From Mytilus edulis (taxonomy: Eukaryota): a stretch of DNA of 64,000 nt. The position numbers and the translations under genes were made by a program. Shown piece after piece: positions 28,201 to 41,553 of this stretch (positions are counted from its first letter, which is position 1; the number at the start of each line of letters is the position of its first letter). The DNA lies in contig NC_092347.1 in the NCBI RefSeq assembly GCF_963676685.1, forward strand, positions 99,138,001-99,202,000. Direction: 5' to 3'. Under the pieces are notes generated by a model. The model was given only the letters and a program-made list of their open reading frames with translations, was not told the origin of the DNA and did no database searches.

Positions 28201-31200
28201 ATGTTGCTTTTGATTTATATAGCAGGAGAGTCGGGTATTGAGAGCTTAGTCTTAAATAAAGTTTTCTCATATATGGCATTTCCTGTACCTTATATTGACT
28301 CTTAAATAATAGCTGAAACACTTTCATCTTGTTATCCATTCGTTTGGTGTGTTTGAGCTTTTGATTTTGCCATTTGATACGAGACTTATCGTTTTGAATT
28401 TTCCTCGGAGTTCAGTATTTTTTTTATTTTAAATTTTTCCATGATAATAGTAGTGATTCCCTGTCTGCATGAGCTACGATGATTAGTAAATATTCCCACC
28501 AATTCCAATTTGCAAACTTTGTTTGGTTTGTTTGGATGGGTTATTTACATTGACTGTATACGTACACTTCACAAGCTTTGTTTGGTTTGTTTGGATGGGT
28601 TATTTACATTGATTGTATACGTACAATCCACAAACTCAACAAAAAGCATTGCATACGTACAATTCACAAACTCAACAAAAAGCACAAATTGCATGATTGT
28701 TTACCGAGATTTTCGAGAAAAATTACTTGTCTATATTTTTGTGTTCTCCGGTGAATGATGATTAAATTTTCATAGTCTTTTTATAGAAAAAAAAAACATT
28801 TAGATTCATTATTTCTATTAACATATTATATGTATTACCTTTCATAAAGTGTAATATCCGGTTTCCAGATGAGATCTATGGGTAATACTATAGACTTTGT
28901 TCCGTTATAATCGTCAGGGTTCCACTTCAGATGACAGTCTACCCAGGCCTATAAAAATAATAGCAATCCCCATAAGTGTCTCACTCATATTAATATATTT
29001 GTTTAAAATACTTCTGAGATCATGTCAACAAAACAGTCGTGTGATGGTCCAACGACATGTCAAAGACGAAGCATAAGCAAAGGTTATGACTGTAATAATT
29101 ATCTTAAACCGTATTACAAAACAGTCTTGTGATGGTCCAACGACATGTCAAAGACGAAACATAAGCAAAAGTTATGACTGTAATAATTCTCCTAAACCGT
29201 ATTACAAAACAGTTGTGATGGTCCAACAACATATCAAAGACGAAACATAAGCAAAAGATATGACTGTAATAATTCTAAACCGTATTACAAAACAGTCTTG
29301 TGATGGTCCAACGGCATGTCAAAGACGAAACATAAGCAAACAATATGATTGTAATAATTCTCCTAAACCGTATTACAAAACAGTCTTGTGATGGTCCAAC
29401 GACATGTCAAAGACGAAACCTAAGCAAACAATATGATTGTAATAATTCTCTTAACCCGTATTACAAAACAGTCTTGTGATGGTCCAACGACATGTCAAAG
29501 ACGAAACCTAAGCAAACAATATGATTGTAATAATTCTCCTAAACCGTATTACAAAACAGTCTTGTGATGGTCCAACGACATGTCAAAGACGAAACATAAG
29601 CAAAAGATATGACTGTCATAATTCTCCTAAACCGTATTACAAAACAGTCTTGTGATGGTCTAACGACATGTCAAAGACGAAACATAAGCAAACAATATGA
29701 CTGTAATAATTCTCCTAAACCGTATTACAAAACAGTCTTCTGATGGTCCAACGACATGTCAAAGACGAAACATAAGCAAAAGATATGACTGTCATAATTC
29801 TCCTAAACCGTATTACAAAACAGTCTTGTGATGGTCAAACGACATGTCAAAGACGAAGCATAAGCAAACAATATGATTGTAATAATTCACCTAAAAAATA
29901 TAAACCGTATTACAATCATCATCGCTGGACTGTTTCTAAATGGGGATAGACAAATATTTAATCACGTCACTTGAGTGTATTGAAGAACATTTTCCAGGAT
30001 GCTTTTCTTCCAACATTTCTTCGGACACTTTTATCGTAGAACAGATCTTAGACCATATCTTAGGAAACTTTAATCTCAGAACATATAGAAAATCATTTTT
30101 ATTTCAGAACATATAGAAAATCATTTTTATCTCAGAATTAATTTTATACTAGGAAATAATCCCGGTTGAATCCGGGGTCGAAGTTCAACATGTTAACAGG
30201 TGAAAGGGTATTCAGAAAAATTACAAATATCATAAAAAATAAATCAAATGATACATACACCACCCCCCCCCCCCCCCCCCTCTCCAGGTGGAGAGAAACA
30301 CTATTTTTAAAGCATGTCTTTTTTTATATAAATTCCCTGATGGAGATTTAAAGCTTAGTCGATTCGTAAAGTGAGGGGAGATTAGTCGATGCCAATGGAA
30401 AAACTTGAGTTTACCTGGATGGAAAAGTTTCTTATTAATGTTGTAAACTATCATCTCGGAACTTGTATAAGAAGATTTTATCTTGGAACATATCTTAAAA
30501 CATAGCTTTTGTCTTAGAAAATATCATAGGAAACTTTTATCTTCTTACTTTTTCATTTTTTGCCTTGTACATCTAGCTACCTATTGTGTTGGCATAGTTT
30601 CTCTTAACTCGGCATTCTTAATTACTTACATCCTTTAGTCATCCTTTAATATAGACGGTGAAATAAATGTAAATAATTCTAACTAATAAATGAATTACAA
30701 TAGTAAGAAATATACTAACCAATCGCATCCATACGTTAAACTGTACTGTCTGTTCTGGTTCGTTCTGCAAAATGAAAGGGAAACAATAATTATGATATGA
30801 GATAGCTTGAGATTCCGTATCACACTATTTAAAGTGAACTAGTTTTACAACTTAATCTGATTCCCGTAAGAAATAAAGTATTCGCATTATCGAAGGAATT
30901 TCACTATTTTACAAAGTTTGGCCCGAGGACTTACAGTAACTACGATTAAAGTGTTATAAGATTAACTCACATAACTTAGAATTATATTCCGCTGCATCTG
31001 GCCCACAAGTAAAAGGGATCGCTTACATGGAGGGCTCAATTATTCGGGTTAATATAAGATTGTGGTCAATGATAGAAGATATTATAAAGAACATTTAATT
31101 GCTGTTTCATATCAATTTTGAATTAAAAGCTGTTGCTTAGACAATTTGTTTCCAATATGTAAATGTAAACTGTAAAACAATGTTTAAATAAATCTGCAAT

Positions 31201-32750
31201 TATTGGACATGGTATTGCGTTTGAAGCAGTCCCAGTGTCGTTTAAAGACCATACAAGTGTAAAATTTTCCACTACGCTTATCTTTACAAAGTTTAGTACT
31301 AACCAGTGTTATGAGCTGTCTAACTGCCATATCAACAGTAACTGGAACTGTTTCTTTTCCAGGACAGACTGGTCGGACATTAGGGCCATAATCAGCTAAC
31401 AGGTCCGCTGTTAAATTATCTAACCTGGATTGGGAACCTGTAAAGTACATGTGAAGAAATAATGTTATATATCTTCATCTCTGTTAAATTATCTAACCCG
31501 GGTAGAGAACCTGTAAAGTACATGTAAAGAAACAATGTTATATATCTTCATCGCTGTTAAAATATGTAACTTGGATTGGGAACCTGTAGAGTACACGTGA
31601 AAAAACAATGTTATACATCTTCATCGCTGTTAAATTATCCTACCTGGATTGGGAACCTGTAGAGTACACGTGAAGAAACAACGTTATATATCTTCATTCT
31701 TTCAAAGCGGGACGTACTTTTTATAAACGACTAATGAAATTATAAAGGAGCAAGACATTACTTCTACAATGCGGGCATTGTCAAATTGTGTTTGGTTTAT
31801 TAGTTCGAATATCCCTGTGGTAACTTTCGCTTTTTTTCTAACAGTTCTTCATCTAAAATACGAAATCATAAATACAAAGGAAGCATTTAATTATTTATGA
31901 AAATTCAAAACAACTCTGTTTTTCCAACTCGATTAACAATTTCAAACAATTATCCACACTTTTCCATCAACTCGTCAATATGAATTGTCCAACTAGACCC
32001 AACTTTTAAATTGACTCGCATCTACTATGGTATATATTGAAATCTGTTTAGAGGGTTCATGTTCAACGGTTCACACGTCTTAAACATGCATGAAATATTC
32101 AAATATATGTATTATTTTGTATTTCAAAATGTTTAACGATCTTTAACCTTTGTGAATATCTTTCTTTTCTTAGAAAACTAAATATGTCTGACTTACCGAA
32201 AGAATCTGAACTGCCGGATGATTCATCAGTTTTGTCGTTAATAATCTTACAGAAACCTGTCAATATATTGTAAAAAAAATCGTAAAATCAATAGGAACTT
32301 GAGAAATATATACAAAAGAGAATATCAAGGTGTAAAACTGGCGATAGATGAATAGAAATAAATTATATAAAATTAACTCATAAAAATAAATTAATGATAA
32401 AGATATGAATAATCCTAAATAACATGTATGTTCATTTCTATGTAATAAAGATACACATATTTAATCTCATTTATGGGGAATTAAAGAACGAGATGAATGA
32501 TTGAATGAATGTTTGTTTATTGGGGTTTTTTTTTTTTTTTTGTATTTTTGTATTTTTAACATGTAAAAAATCACTTACATACAATGTGCGAGCTTTATAA
32601 AGAGTGTGTATATTTTGTTTTTATGTGGTTTTTTTTTTGTTTTTCTTTTGTTTGTTATTTTTCATTTTAACATGTACAAAATCACTTACCCAAGTTGCAA
32701 GTACAGAAATAAACAAATAAAATAACGCTTCCTAATTTTAAAACATCCAT
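25223..32750 (-). CDS. Nicotinic acetylcholine receptor alpha-type subunit (alpha9/alpha10-like), paralog C; 8 coding exons, about 460 aa
   Basis: Exons: 32750-32690 (signal peptide MDVLKLGSVILFVYFCTCNL), 32256-32197 (60-nt extra exon), 31437-31304, 30764-30720, 28948-28839, 27900-27365 (Cys-loop CPVSVAKFPYDSQIC, loop C YYGCCPEPYPD, M1-M2), 26991-26792 (M3), 25459-25223 (M4). GT-AG and in phase; total 1383 nt. Confidence 0.94.
25535..25955. repeat. Degenerate 21-bp minisatellite in the last intron of paralog C
   Basis: Consensus approximately GTAGCTTTGTCTGCCGTGTAC; translates as (Y/H)TADKAT-like heptads on the minus strand with frameshifts. Confidence 0.8.
26075..26476 (-). repeat. Dispersed repeat family 3 (ATAAAATTGAGAATGGAAATGGGGAATGTGTCAAAGAGACAACAACCC...)
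   Basis: Related copies at about 16440-16655, 50041-50100 (plus) and 52775-52850. Confidence 0.8.
29029..29915. repeat. 88-bp satellite x10, intron of paralog C
   Basis: Unit AAAACAGTCTTGTGATGGTCCAACGACATGTCAAAGACGAAACATAAGCAAA...AAACCGTATTAC; starts at 29553 and 29641 are 88 nt apart. Confidence 0.95.
31406..31697. repeat. 73-bp tandem repeat x4 derived from the splice acceptor and exon start of paralog C (134-nt exon)
   Basis: Acceptor-equivalent AG at 31438, 31511, 31584 and 31657, exactly 73 nt apart. Confidence 0.9.
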
Positions 32751-33819
32751 TCTTAACAAGGCAAAACACGAAAATAATACTTCTCTAAATCTCTATTAAA
32801 TTGGTTATTTGTAATGGCCAGACAAAACCTTTTTAAATATATAATCTTTGTGACGAAAGGTTATATAACTATACAATTGACAAGTAAACGTAACGTATTC
32901 AATGTGTTTTCGTTTTTATTGTGTTTATAGTTAAATTACAGGTGTCAGTCTTTGAAGTTGAGTTGACGGTGTGCTTGATTAAATAATGCCAACAATTAAT
33001 TAGTGAAGACAATTACTCATTTTTATCTAATTAAGATATCTAAAAATAAACTAATTGACAAATTAGAAAATTAGGGTAAAAAAAATTTCTTTTTCGTTAA
33101 AGATATTATTACTTAAAAAACATGAGCCTAAATTGAGTATATGAAATAAGATAGTTGAAAGAAACTTGACATGACTGGATTTTGTTGGAATTTATGAAAT
33201 TTAAAGTATTATATATCACAACCCAAGAATAACAAGGAAAAACGAAAACGTTTACATTTACAAAGCGAACATTCCATCAAGGATATGTCTAGAAACTTGA
33301 AATGTCGAAAAAGAGATGTCGAAATTCCATATATACAAAGAGCTCATGATGCTGATACATCAACAGTGGATATTTCAAAGGGACTACTACCCCGAGTGTT
33401 CAAACAGAGTTTTAAAAAGGTTGGTTTTTTTCTAATCCCTGGTTTTATTTTTTGTAGAAATTCATCATTGATGAAAGGCGAACGACAAAGAGTATCATAA
33501 AATGAATTGTGAAAGGTTAACATATTTTTTTAATAATAACTGCAGGTTATCATTTTTTTTTAATCAAAACTGCAGGTTTCCATGAGACGATTTATGTGTA
33601 CCATACCAATAAAACAAAGATTTATTTATACTTGGAATATTATCATATTTGCAGGATACGAGATTTATTTATATCAGGAATAGGATCCCAGTATACGAGG
33701 TCCGTATCCCGAGTCCTTTAATATTTCTACCATCTTTTAAGAAGGACGTTAAACAAAAATGTAAATGTAAAGATGCTTAAATTTTGTTATTTAAAAAATA
33801 TTTATTAAACTTTCCACTT

Positions 33820-34015
33820 TGTTTAATTCTGAAATGTATAGGGTGTATAATTGTTTAATTCTGAAATGTATAGGGTGTATAATTGTTTAATTCTGAAAAG
33901 TATAGGGTGTATAATTGTTTAATTCTGAAATGTATAGGGTGTATAATTGTTTAATTCTGAAATGTATAGGGTGTATAATTGTTTAATTCTGAAATGTATA
34001 GGGTGTATAATTGTT
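33820..34015. repeat. 32-bp minisatellite x6
   Basis: TGTTTAATTCTGAAATGTATAGGGTGTATAAT repeated nearly perfectly. Confidence 0.95.
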
Positions 34016-34064
34016 CAAGTTTTATTTTTGATTTTAACCAAAATGTGAATAAAATAACCCTTTT

Positions 34065-35200
34065 AATCAAATCAAATCAAATATTTTATTGTCATATAAA
34101 CTTTACAGTTTGTGACCAACATATATTAATACAATAAACATAAATACATACATATTAAACATACAAAATATCAACAGCATTAAAATTTATAACAACAAAC
34201 AAGTTGTTAAGAGTCCCCTGCCCTCAGTTCTAATGACTTTTTCAAGAAGGATCCTAACTTATTTGTTTGTAAAGGTGATGATGGATTTAGTAAATAATGA
34301 ATTTTTCTTCTTCATTTAAATTATTAAAGTTATTATTTTCTGTACATATGTGATGAAAAAAGTCATTTCTTAGAGTTTTATTATACTCACAATATAGTAA
34401 AAAATGTTTCTCATCCTCTAGTATTTTACATTTATGGCAAAGACGTTCCTCTCTTGGGATTTTAAAATATCTCCCCTTTTCAATCAAGAGGGAGTGATCA
34501 CTTATTCTAAATTTAGTGATTAATCTCCTTATCTGAAAATTAGATGTATTTAGATAATATTCTAGTTTGTAATCTTTTTTAAGTTTTTTATAGAGAAAAA
34601 ATTTACTTTTATCATCGATGTTTTGAAATTTATTTTGAATTAAATCTTCATATCTATTTTTCATTTTTAACTTTATATCGTTTTTTATTTTATTTACATC
34701 TTTTATGTCCTTACAAGTAGAAAGAATATTAAGATCAACGTTAGTCTCTTTAACTATATTTTTAGCATATGTATACCATGAGTAAGTTCCTGTCAAATCT
34801 AGAGACTGTGCTAGAGAAAAAGCTTCCTTTAACAATGGATTAATATTATTATTATTATATAGTCTAGCTAAATATAAAAGGTTTGTGTTTTAATAAAGCA
34901 TTCTATAGGCAATCTTCCTAATTCAACTCTTGCTCCTAAATTGGATGCATTTTTTCTTATCCCTAGAGTAGATTTACAAAATTTAAGATGCATATTTTCT
35001 ATGGGGGTTTTGTCTATAAAATCAAGTTGATTAATTTCTTTTCCTGAAGTTAAGGCTCTGCTTTTGGCTCGATGAAAAGAAATATATGTATCCAAATATG
35101 TTACTTCTGAATTATAGGTCATAATTGGTTTTACTAAAGAATCAAAAAGATTATTTGCTACTTTTATAGGTAGATTATTCAATGATTTTATACTCAAAAC
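34065..35200 (-). mobile_element. 5'-truncated, frameshifted non-LTR retrotransposon (LINE) ORF2 3' end
   Basis: ORFs 34868-35197 (LFDSLVKPIMTYNSEV...ELGRLPI) and 34287-34835 (FRISDHSLLIEKGRY...EERLCHKC...EDEKHFLLYC, C-terminal CCHC of LINE ORF2). Ends in AATAAA plus an (ATTTG)n tail. Clade not assigned. Confidence 0.85.
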
Positions 35201-35864
35201 AGTATTGCTCTTTTAAATGCCGGTCATGACCTTTAAATAGTTCTCCTGTAATGCACGAAGATAAAGTCATCATAAATACCAGGATTGAAATTTTGAATTT
35301 GCGCCAGACGCGCGTTTTGTCTACAAAAGACTCATCAGTAGCGCTCGAATCAAAAAAAGTAAAAAAGGGACCGCTATATTATGAGGAAGTAGTTGGAATT
35401 TGACAGTCAAATATAGGAAATAAAAACATGTGATAGAATACGGAGGATAGGTATCGAGCCAAGTTTTAGCTCAACGTATTTTAATTCATTTCAATTAATC
35501 AGCATTACAGGCTTATGTTATGACAAACATCATCCTCATTATATAATTGTATGGTCAGAACATTTAGTTTCGGTCGATAACATTTCTATAGTTGTTTGTC
35601 AATTGTTTTACTTTTGTACAAATCTCGTTACAGACAGAAATATGATGAAAAGATACATAAACCTGTAACATACAGATACTGACACCTTTATTATCTGGTA
35701 AATTCTGATAAGACCTTTTAAAACGAAAAACAGACGTTTTTCTTTAGAATTTATATTAAAAATATTTAAGCTTGCTGCTGTTGATGCGAATTAAAGTTGA
35801 CTTAGTTACGAGAAAATACCTAAACTATTGACCACACAATCTTTCAATCACTCTATCACACTTG

Positions 35865-36296
35865 TATTTATACATTATGCAAATATAGATGTGGTAGTCA
35901 CCACTTGCCGATTGAGTCTGGAAGGTGGCAGGGTTTACCGAGAGAAGACAGAATCTGCCGTCTTTGTGACTCAAACGACATTGGTGACGAGTACCATTAC
36001 ATTATGAATTGTGGATCTTTTATGTTTGAAAGAAAGAAATTTTTACCTACATACTGCTGGTCAAACCCTAATATCTATAAATTTAATCAACTGTTTAATT
36101 CATGTAATATTGTAATATTAGAAAAACTATGTAAATTTATCAAAGTTATAAATGTGAAAGTCAGTCCTCCAAGTTTATTTCATTGTATTGTTCACACATG
36201 CTTGTAAAAATTGTACCTTATAGTTATATTTATGTATGTTCTCTATAACTATGTAATTGTAGTTTTATGAGAAATAAAGTATTCGTATTCGTATGT
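35865..36296 (+). mobile_element. Short 5'-truncated LINE 3' end, related type but different family
   Basis: Encodes CKYRCGSHHLPIESGRW...EDRICRLC...IGDEYHYIMNC and ends in AAATAAA plus a (GTATTC)n tail. Confidence 0.82.
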
Positions 36297-36692
36297 ATCA
36301 AAATTGAAGATAACTCTATGGTTTGGATATTAGAGATTTGATGATTTTAAGACATAGTTCGTGTTACTTTCACCAGCACAAAATGTCTGGATTCATCACA
36401 TTTATTAGATTTTTTGTTTTTTCTATTTCTACTTCCAAATGAACTTTGCATGCACCTGCAAAAAGAGCTTTATAAAATATATCTCTTTAACACACCTGCT
36501 AACCTTCTAAAGGAGTAGGTCCAGTAAGACCCCTTTATGGCCCCAAAATATAGCAGTTTTACAAAATTGTTAAAATGTAAACTTCTAGTTACTTATTTTA
36601 AAGAAGAATGCTTCTGCTACATTAATATGGGCTGTGTTTTACAATTAAATGCACATATTCCGGGCACTAGCATCATTAAGTCATGCTAAATT

Positions 36693-37723
36693 AAACATCT
36701 AAGCTATTGACCACTCCAGCTTTCATTCACGCTATCACACTTGCTAACGCTGATATGAAGACCCATTGAGTAACTGGTAAATATCTAAGCTATTGACCAC
36801 TCCAGCTTCAAATCACACTATCACACTTGCTGTCGCTGATGTGAAGACTTATTGAGTAACGAGTAAATATCTAAGCTATTGACCGCGCCAGCTTTCAATC
36901 ACACTATCACACTTTCTGTTGCTGATGTGAAGACTCATTGAGTAACAAGTAAATATCTAAGCTATTGACTGCTCCAGCTTTCATCACACTATCACACTTG
37001 CTGTTGCTGATGTGATAACTCATTGAGTAACAAGTAAACATCTAAGCTATTGACCGCGCCAGCTTTCAATCACACTATCACACTTGCTTTTGCTGATGTG
37101 AAGACTTATTGAGTAACAAGTAAACAACTAAGCAATTGACCGCCCCAGCTTTCAATCACACTATCACACTTGCTATCGCTGATGTGAAGACTCATTGAGT
37201 AACAAGTAAATATCTAAGCTATTGACCGCGCGAGCTTTCAATCACACTATCACACTTGCTGTTGCTGATGTGAAGACTCATTGAGTAACAAGTAAATATC
37301 TAAGCTATTGACCGCGCCAGCTTTCAATCACACTATCACACTTGCTGTTGCTGATGTGAAGACTCATTGAGTAACAAGTAAATATCTAAGCTTTTGACCG
37401 CGCCAGCTTTCAATCACACCATCACACTTGCTTTTGCTGATTTGATAGCTCGTTGAGTTGCAAGTAAACAACTAAGCAATTGACCGCGCCAGCTGTCTAT
37501 CACACTTTCACACTTGCTGTTGCTGATGTGAAGACTCATTGAGTAACAAGTGAACATATAAGCTATTGACCGCGCTAGCTTTCTTTCACACTTGCTATCG
37601 CTGATGTGAAGACTTATTGAGTAACATGTAAACATTTAAGCTATTGACCGCGCCAGCTGTCTATCACGCTATCACACTTGCTATCGCTGATGTGAAGACT
37701 CATTGAGTAACATGTAAACATCT
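36693..37723. repeat. 86-bp satellite, about 12 copies
   Basis: Unit TAAGCTATTGACCGCGCCAGCTTTCAATCACACTATCACACTTGCTGTTGCTGATGTGAAGACTCATTGAGTAACAAGTAAATATC; starts at 37215 and 37301 are 86 nt apart. Confidence 0.95.
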
Positions 37724-40700
37724 ACAGACACATCGGTGTTGAAGGCCCGTAAATTGACCTATAATGGTTTAGTTTTATAAATTGTGACTTTGATGGAGAG
37801 TTGTCTCATTGGCACTCATACCACATCTTCCTATATCTATAATAATGAACGAGTTTTTACATTGTTAACTGATGTTCAATTTTATCGTTATCTTAAATTG
37901 ACCAGTGCCTTAAGACGTAAACATAAACAAAGTGTTACAATTTTTGTTGATCGGTTGAAGAAAAGAAAGGGAATACAACTTGATTATTACATAGTATGGA
38001 TTGGATTTTGTAACGTACATTATTCACACCTTGTTATTATTTCAGTTATATATAATTCTCTTTTTCAGAACTAGTAGTAAAACTAAACAGAGACAATAAA
38101 TAGTACAAAATATTTTATAACCAGAGAATAAATAGTACAAAATATTATATAACTGGTTAATATAACAAAGCAGCTGTCAATATATCTTACTCGCCCACCC
38201 GGAGACAAGTTTACAAGTTATGTGAAGTGGGTATTTAGCACATACTTACAACTTCTCGTCCAATCATATTGCTTGTAATTGCCTTCTCCGTTTCATAATA
38301 CATATTTTCCGGTGTACTTAAGTAACTATGCATGAAACGAAGACTGAAATTTCATTGTATACGAAAAATAAAAAAATGCAACCGGCTATTTTTGAATAAA
38401 ATTGGATGTCCCAAACTTTAAAAAAAAAGTTTTTACCTTGGTTTTTATACATCGTGCTCACATATATGCCTATATATATCTTATAGGGGTTTTTTAAGAG
38501 ACAATTGCCTGTAGTCGAGCCTCATGCTATTAAAATCATAATTTTAAAATATTTTGTAGACAATTAAGATACAAGCGAATATTCAGTAACGGAAATAAAC
38601 AAAACATGAAACTAGATGGTTAACTAAGTTTGTTTAAAGATTTTCTAATTAAATACGAAAAGATCTTGTTTTTATAATATTTTGTGAAATTGTAGTGTAG
38701 AGTGTCGAAAAGTCATAACTGTCATAACGGTCAACCGAATCGAGAGTACCATCGGAAGCACTTAAATTGCCAGTCTAAACATTCAAAGCAGGCTTTAACA
38801 CTTCAAAAATATCTATGTTGTTATATTCATATGTTTTAATACAAACTGTCTTTAATTATAATAAGATAAAGAACAAAAATAGTAGTAGAGTATTAACTAG
38901 ATATAATAAAATAAGTTGTGTTATGATTATCAATGAGACAACTCTTCACATGAGACCAAATAACACAGAAATTAGCAACTATAAGTCACAATAAGGCCTT
39001 CAGCTATGAGCAAAGTCCATACCGTATAGTAAGGCATAAAAGGCCCTGAAATGACAAATGTAAAATTAAATCCAAACGAGAAAACTAACGGCCTAATTTA
39101 TGTACAAAATACTGTGCGAAAAACACGAAAAACAAATGTGTAACACAGCAACAAACGACAACCACATAATTACATTAACCTGACTTGGGACAGGCACATA
39201 CAGAAAGTGATGGGGTTAAAAATGTTATCGGGTGCCCAACCCTCCCCTAACCTTAGACAGTGGTGTAACAGTACAATATAAGAAAAAAAAACATGAAAAT
39301 CAGTTGAAAAAGGCCAATTCATCAGATGGATACAAATAGAACAAAAACAGATTAAAAGTGGCAGGGTACTTGTACATCCCAAAAACAAAAAGAAACTAAG
39401 TACAGATATGAGAGTACTTGCAAGTTACTGACAGCTAATTAAAAGCCAATCATAGAAGCTGAGCTGAAACGATATCTGACAGCTTTTTGTGGGTTATTTT
39501 ATAATATATCTTTTGCTGGTTCTTTATCTTTACCGGACTGAAAGGCATACAAAAACAAAATAGAAAGTCAAACAATGTTTTTAAAGGCAATCGGGAAAAT
39601 TCATCTTTTATATGAAGGTGTGATACACGTTAATGCAAGACATATTTTCATATTGATAACTTTTTAATATTTAAAAAAGAGACATATTTCTAATGTGAAC
39701 TAAAACCCACCCATAATATAGCAAACTTAAATATAAAAATCATGTAAAATAAATAAATGATAAAATCTGATTAAGTCATAGTAGGGTCATACTAATAAAA
39801 CAAAGGATATATATTAACAAATTATATATTGCCTTGGGACAAATGTGGCTGATTTGTAATGACATTAGAATTTTATCTAACATTTTGTCTATACTAAGCG
39901 TCCAGCGATCCACAAAGATCTGATAAGCAGCAAAGCCTGCAGAAATATTACAAGCGAGCATGTCAGAGGAGTCAGTCCTGGTGGTGGTGAGCATCACCTT
40001 ATATCACTGTAGTGCAGGTAAGATTGGAAAATTTGATTTAAATTATTGTATCCTTTAAACGCATTTTTAAAAGTTATATGGCTTTTGTGCTGTGAAATGA
40101 AGCAACTTGGTATGTTTTGAATGTGGTTCCCATATTATGTCAATTACGTGGATATTCAAAAGAAATATCCTTGTAAGCTTAGTTGCTGATAATACTTTCT
40201 GCATAGTAGCTCTTGTGTCAGTACTTGTATGTTCCATGTACAAACAGTGACTATTATTAATTAGTTTATCGAATATGTTATAGACCCCATGTAAGTTAAT
40301 ATTTACGACTGATACGGTTTCGACTGGTCTGATTTTGGTTGTTTTCTATTTTACTTTTTTGCCTGCGAATCTGAGAAAGATTCCCCAGAAACGTTAAACA
40401 TATGTACGAAGAAGTTTTTTTTATTAAGAACAAAATTTTATTTTATTTCCAATTAGGGGCCCTAAACAATAACATCAATAATTTTTTTACAATACAATAC
40501 AAACAACGATATAAAAAACAAACAAAAAAACATGCGAACAATTTAAAAAAGTTTTACAAGTAATATATAATTAAAGAAAATAAATAGATAATGCATAATA
40601 ATGTAAGTGTAGTTGATAAAGATATGACCGGACGAAAAGCATGCTAATTATTTGGACTATCATCTTTCTGACTTTAATTACTATATCTTTCAATTGTCAT

Positions 40701-41179
40701 TTTTAGCTTAAATATTCCCACACAATTATCTTTGGTTTAAAATGTATGTTTCGACTAATCCGATAATGGACTTCGTATCTACGTGTCAAAGACAGTTTTA
40801 GCAGATTATCTGAACAATGGACAATAATTGCCTAATCCGTTGTTACATGTATTTCTTACTTATTCTGTTTTATATACTTCTTAAAAATAATTTATATTTA
40901 GTTTTGGATAGGTTCTTAAACCGTCAACACCGGACTCAATATTGTAACATCGTTTATATTCTTGTTGGATCGTTTATTAAATTGTTAAACTTTATACCGA
41001 CTTGAATCTTCATTTTAATACCCAGCAAATAGTCTGGCTATAAAGATAACAAATAAACAGCCAAGAAAAAAAGATATATAATGTATGTTATACAATACAA
41101 TGTTGTTTATCACAAATCACATTTTAAATATCGTGACAAAACGCCAAATAAACAAAGTTCGGAAAATGTGAATACTGAT

Positions 41180-41553
41180 TATACAGACCAAAATTGCTCA
41201 CGTGAATTTCACATTCATCTCACATGCAATTCACATGAAAAATTCACGTGATACTCACCTGAGACGAACTTATATATGAATTTCACGTGATAAATTCATC
41301 AATTCAATTATATTCGAAAATTTAGATTTTTTAAAATTAATTTACTTTAGAAATTCACGTGAATTTGACGTGAAATAAATTCATGTGAAATTCACTTAGT
41401 TTCACATTAGATTCACGTAAAATTCACTTAGTTTCACATTAGATTCACGTGAAACTCACATGCACTGATTTCACATGAGTTTCACTTATGAGCTCGTTTG
41501 AGGTGAAATTGACGTGTATTTCATGCGAGATTCATCAGTATTTTGCCTGTGTA
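41180..41553. mobile_element. MITE-like element filled with AATTCACGTGA/TTCACATG motifs
   Basis: Imperfect TIRs TATACAGACCAAAAT / ATTTTGCCTGTGTA; the interior consists of degenerate palindromic TTCACGTGAA units. Confidence 0.55.

Noticed and set aside
29029-29915. Regularly spaced repeats (also 36693-37723 and 49082-49498) as CRISPR arrays
   Set aside because: Whole units repeat with no unique spacers, there are no cas genes, and the context is eukaryotic; these are satellites.
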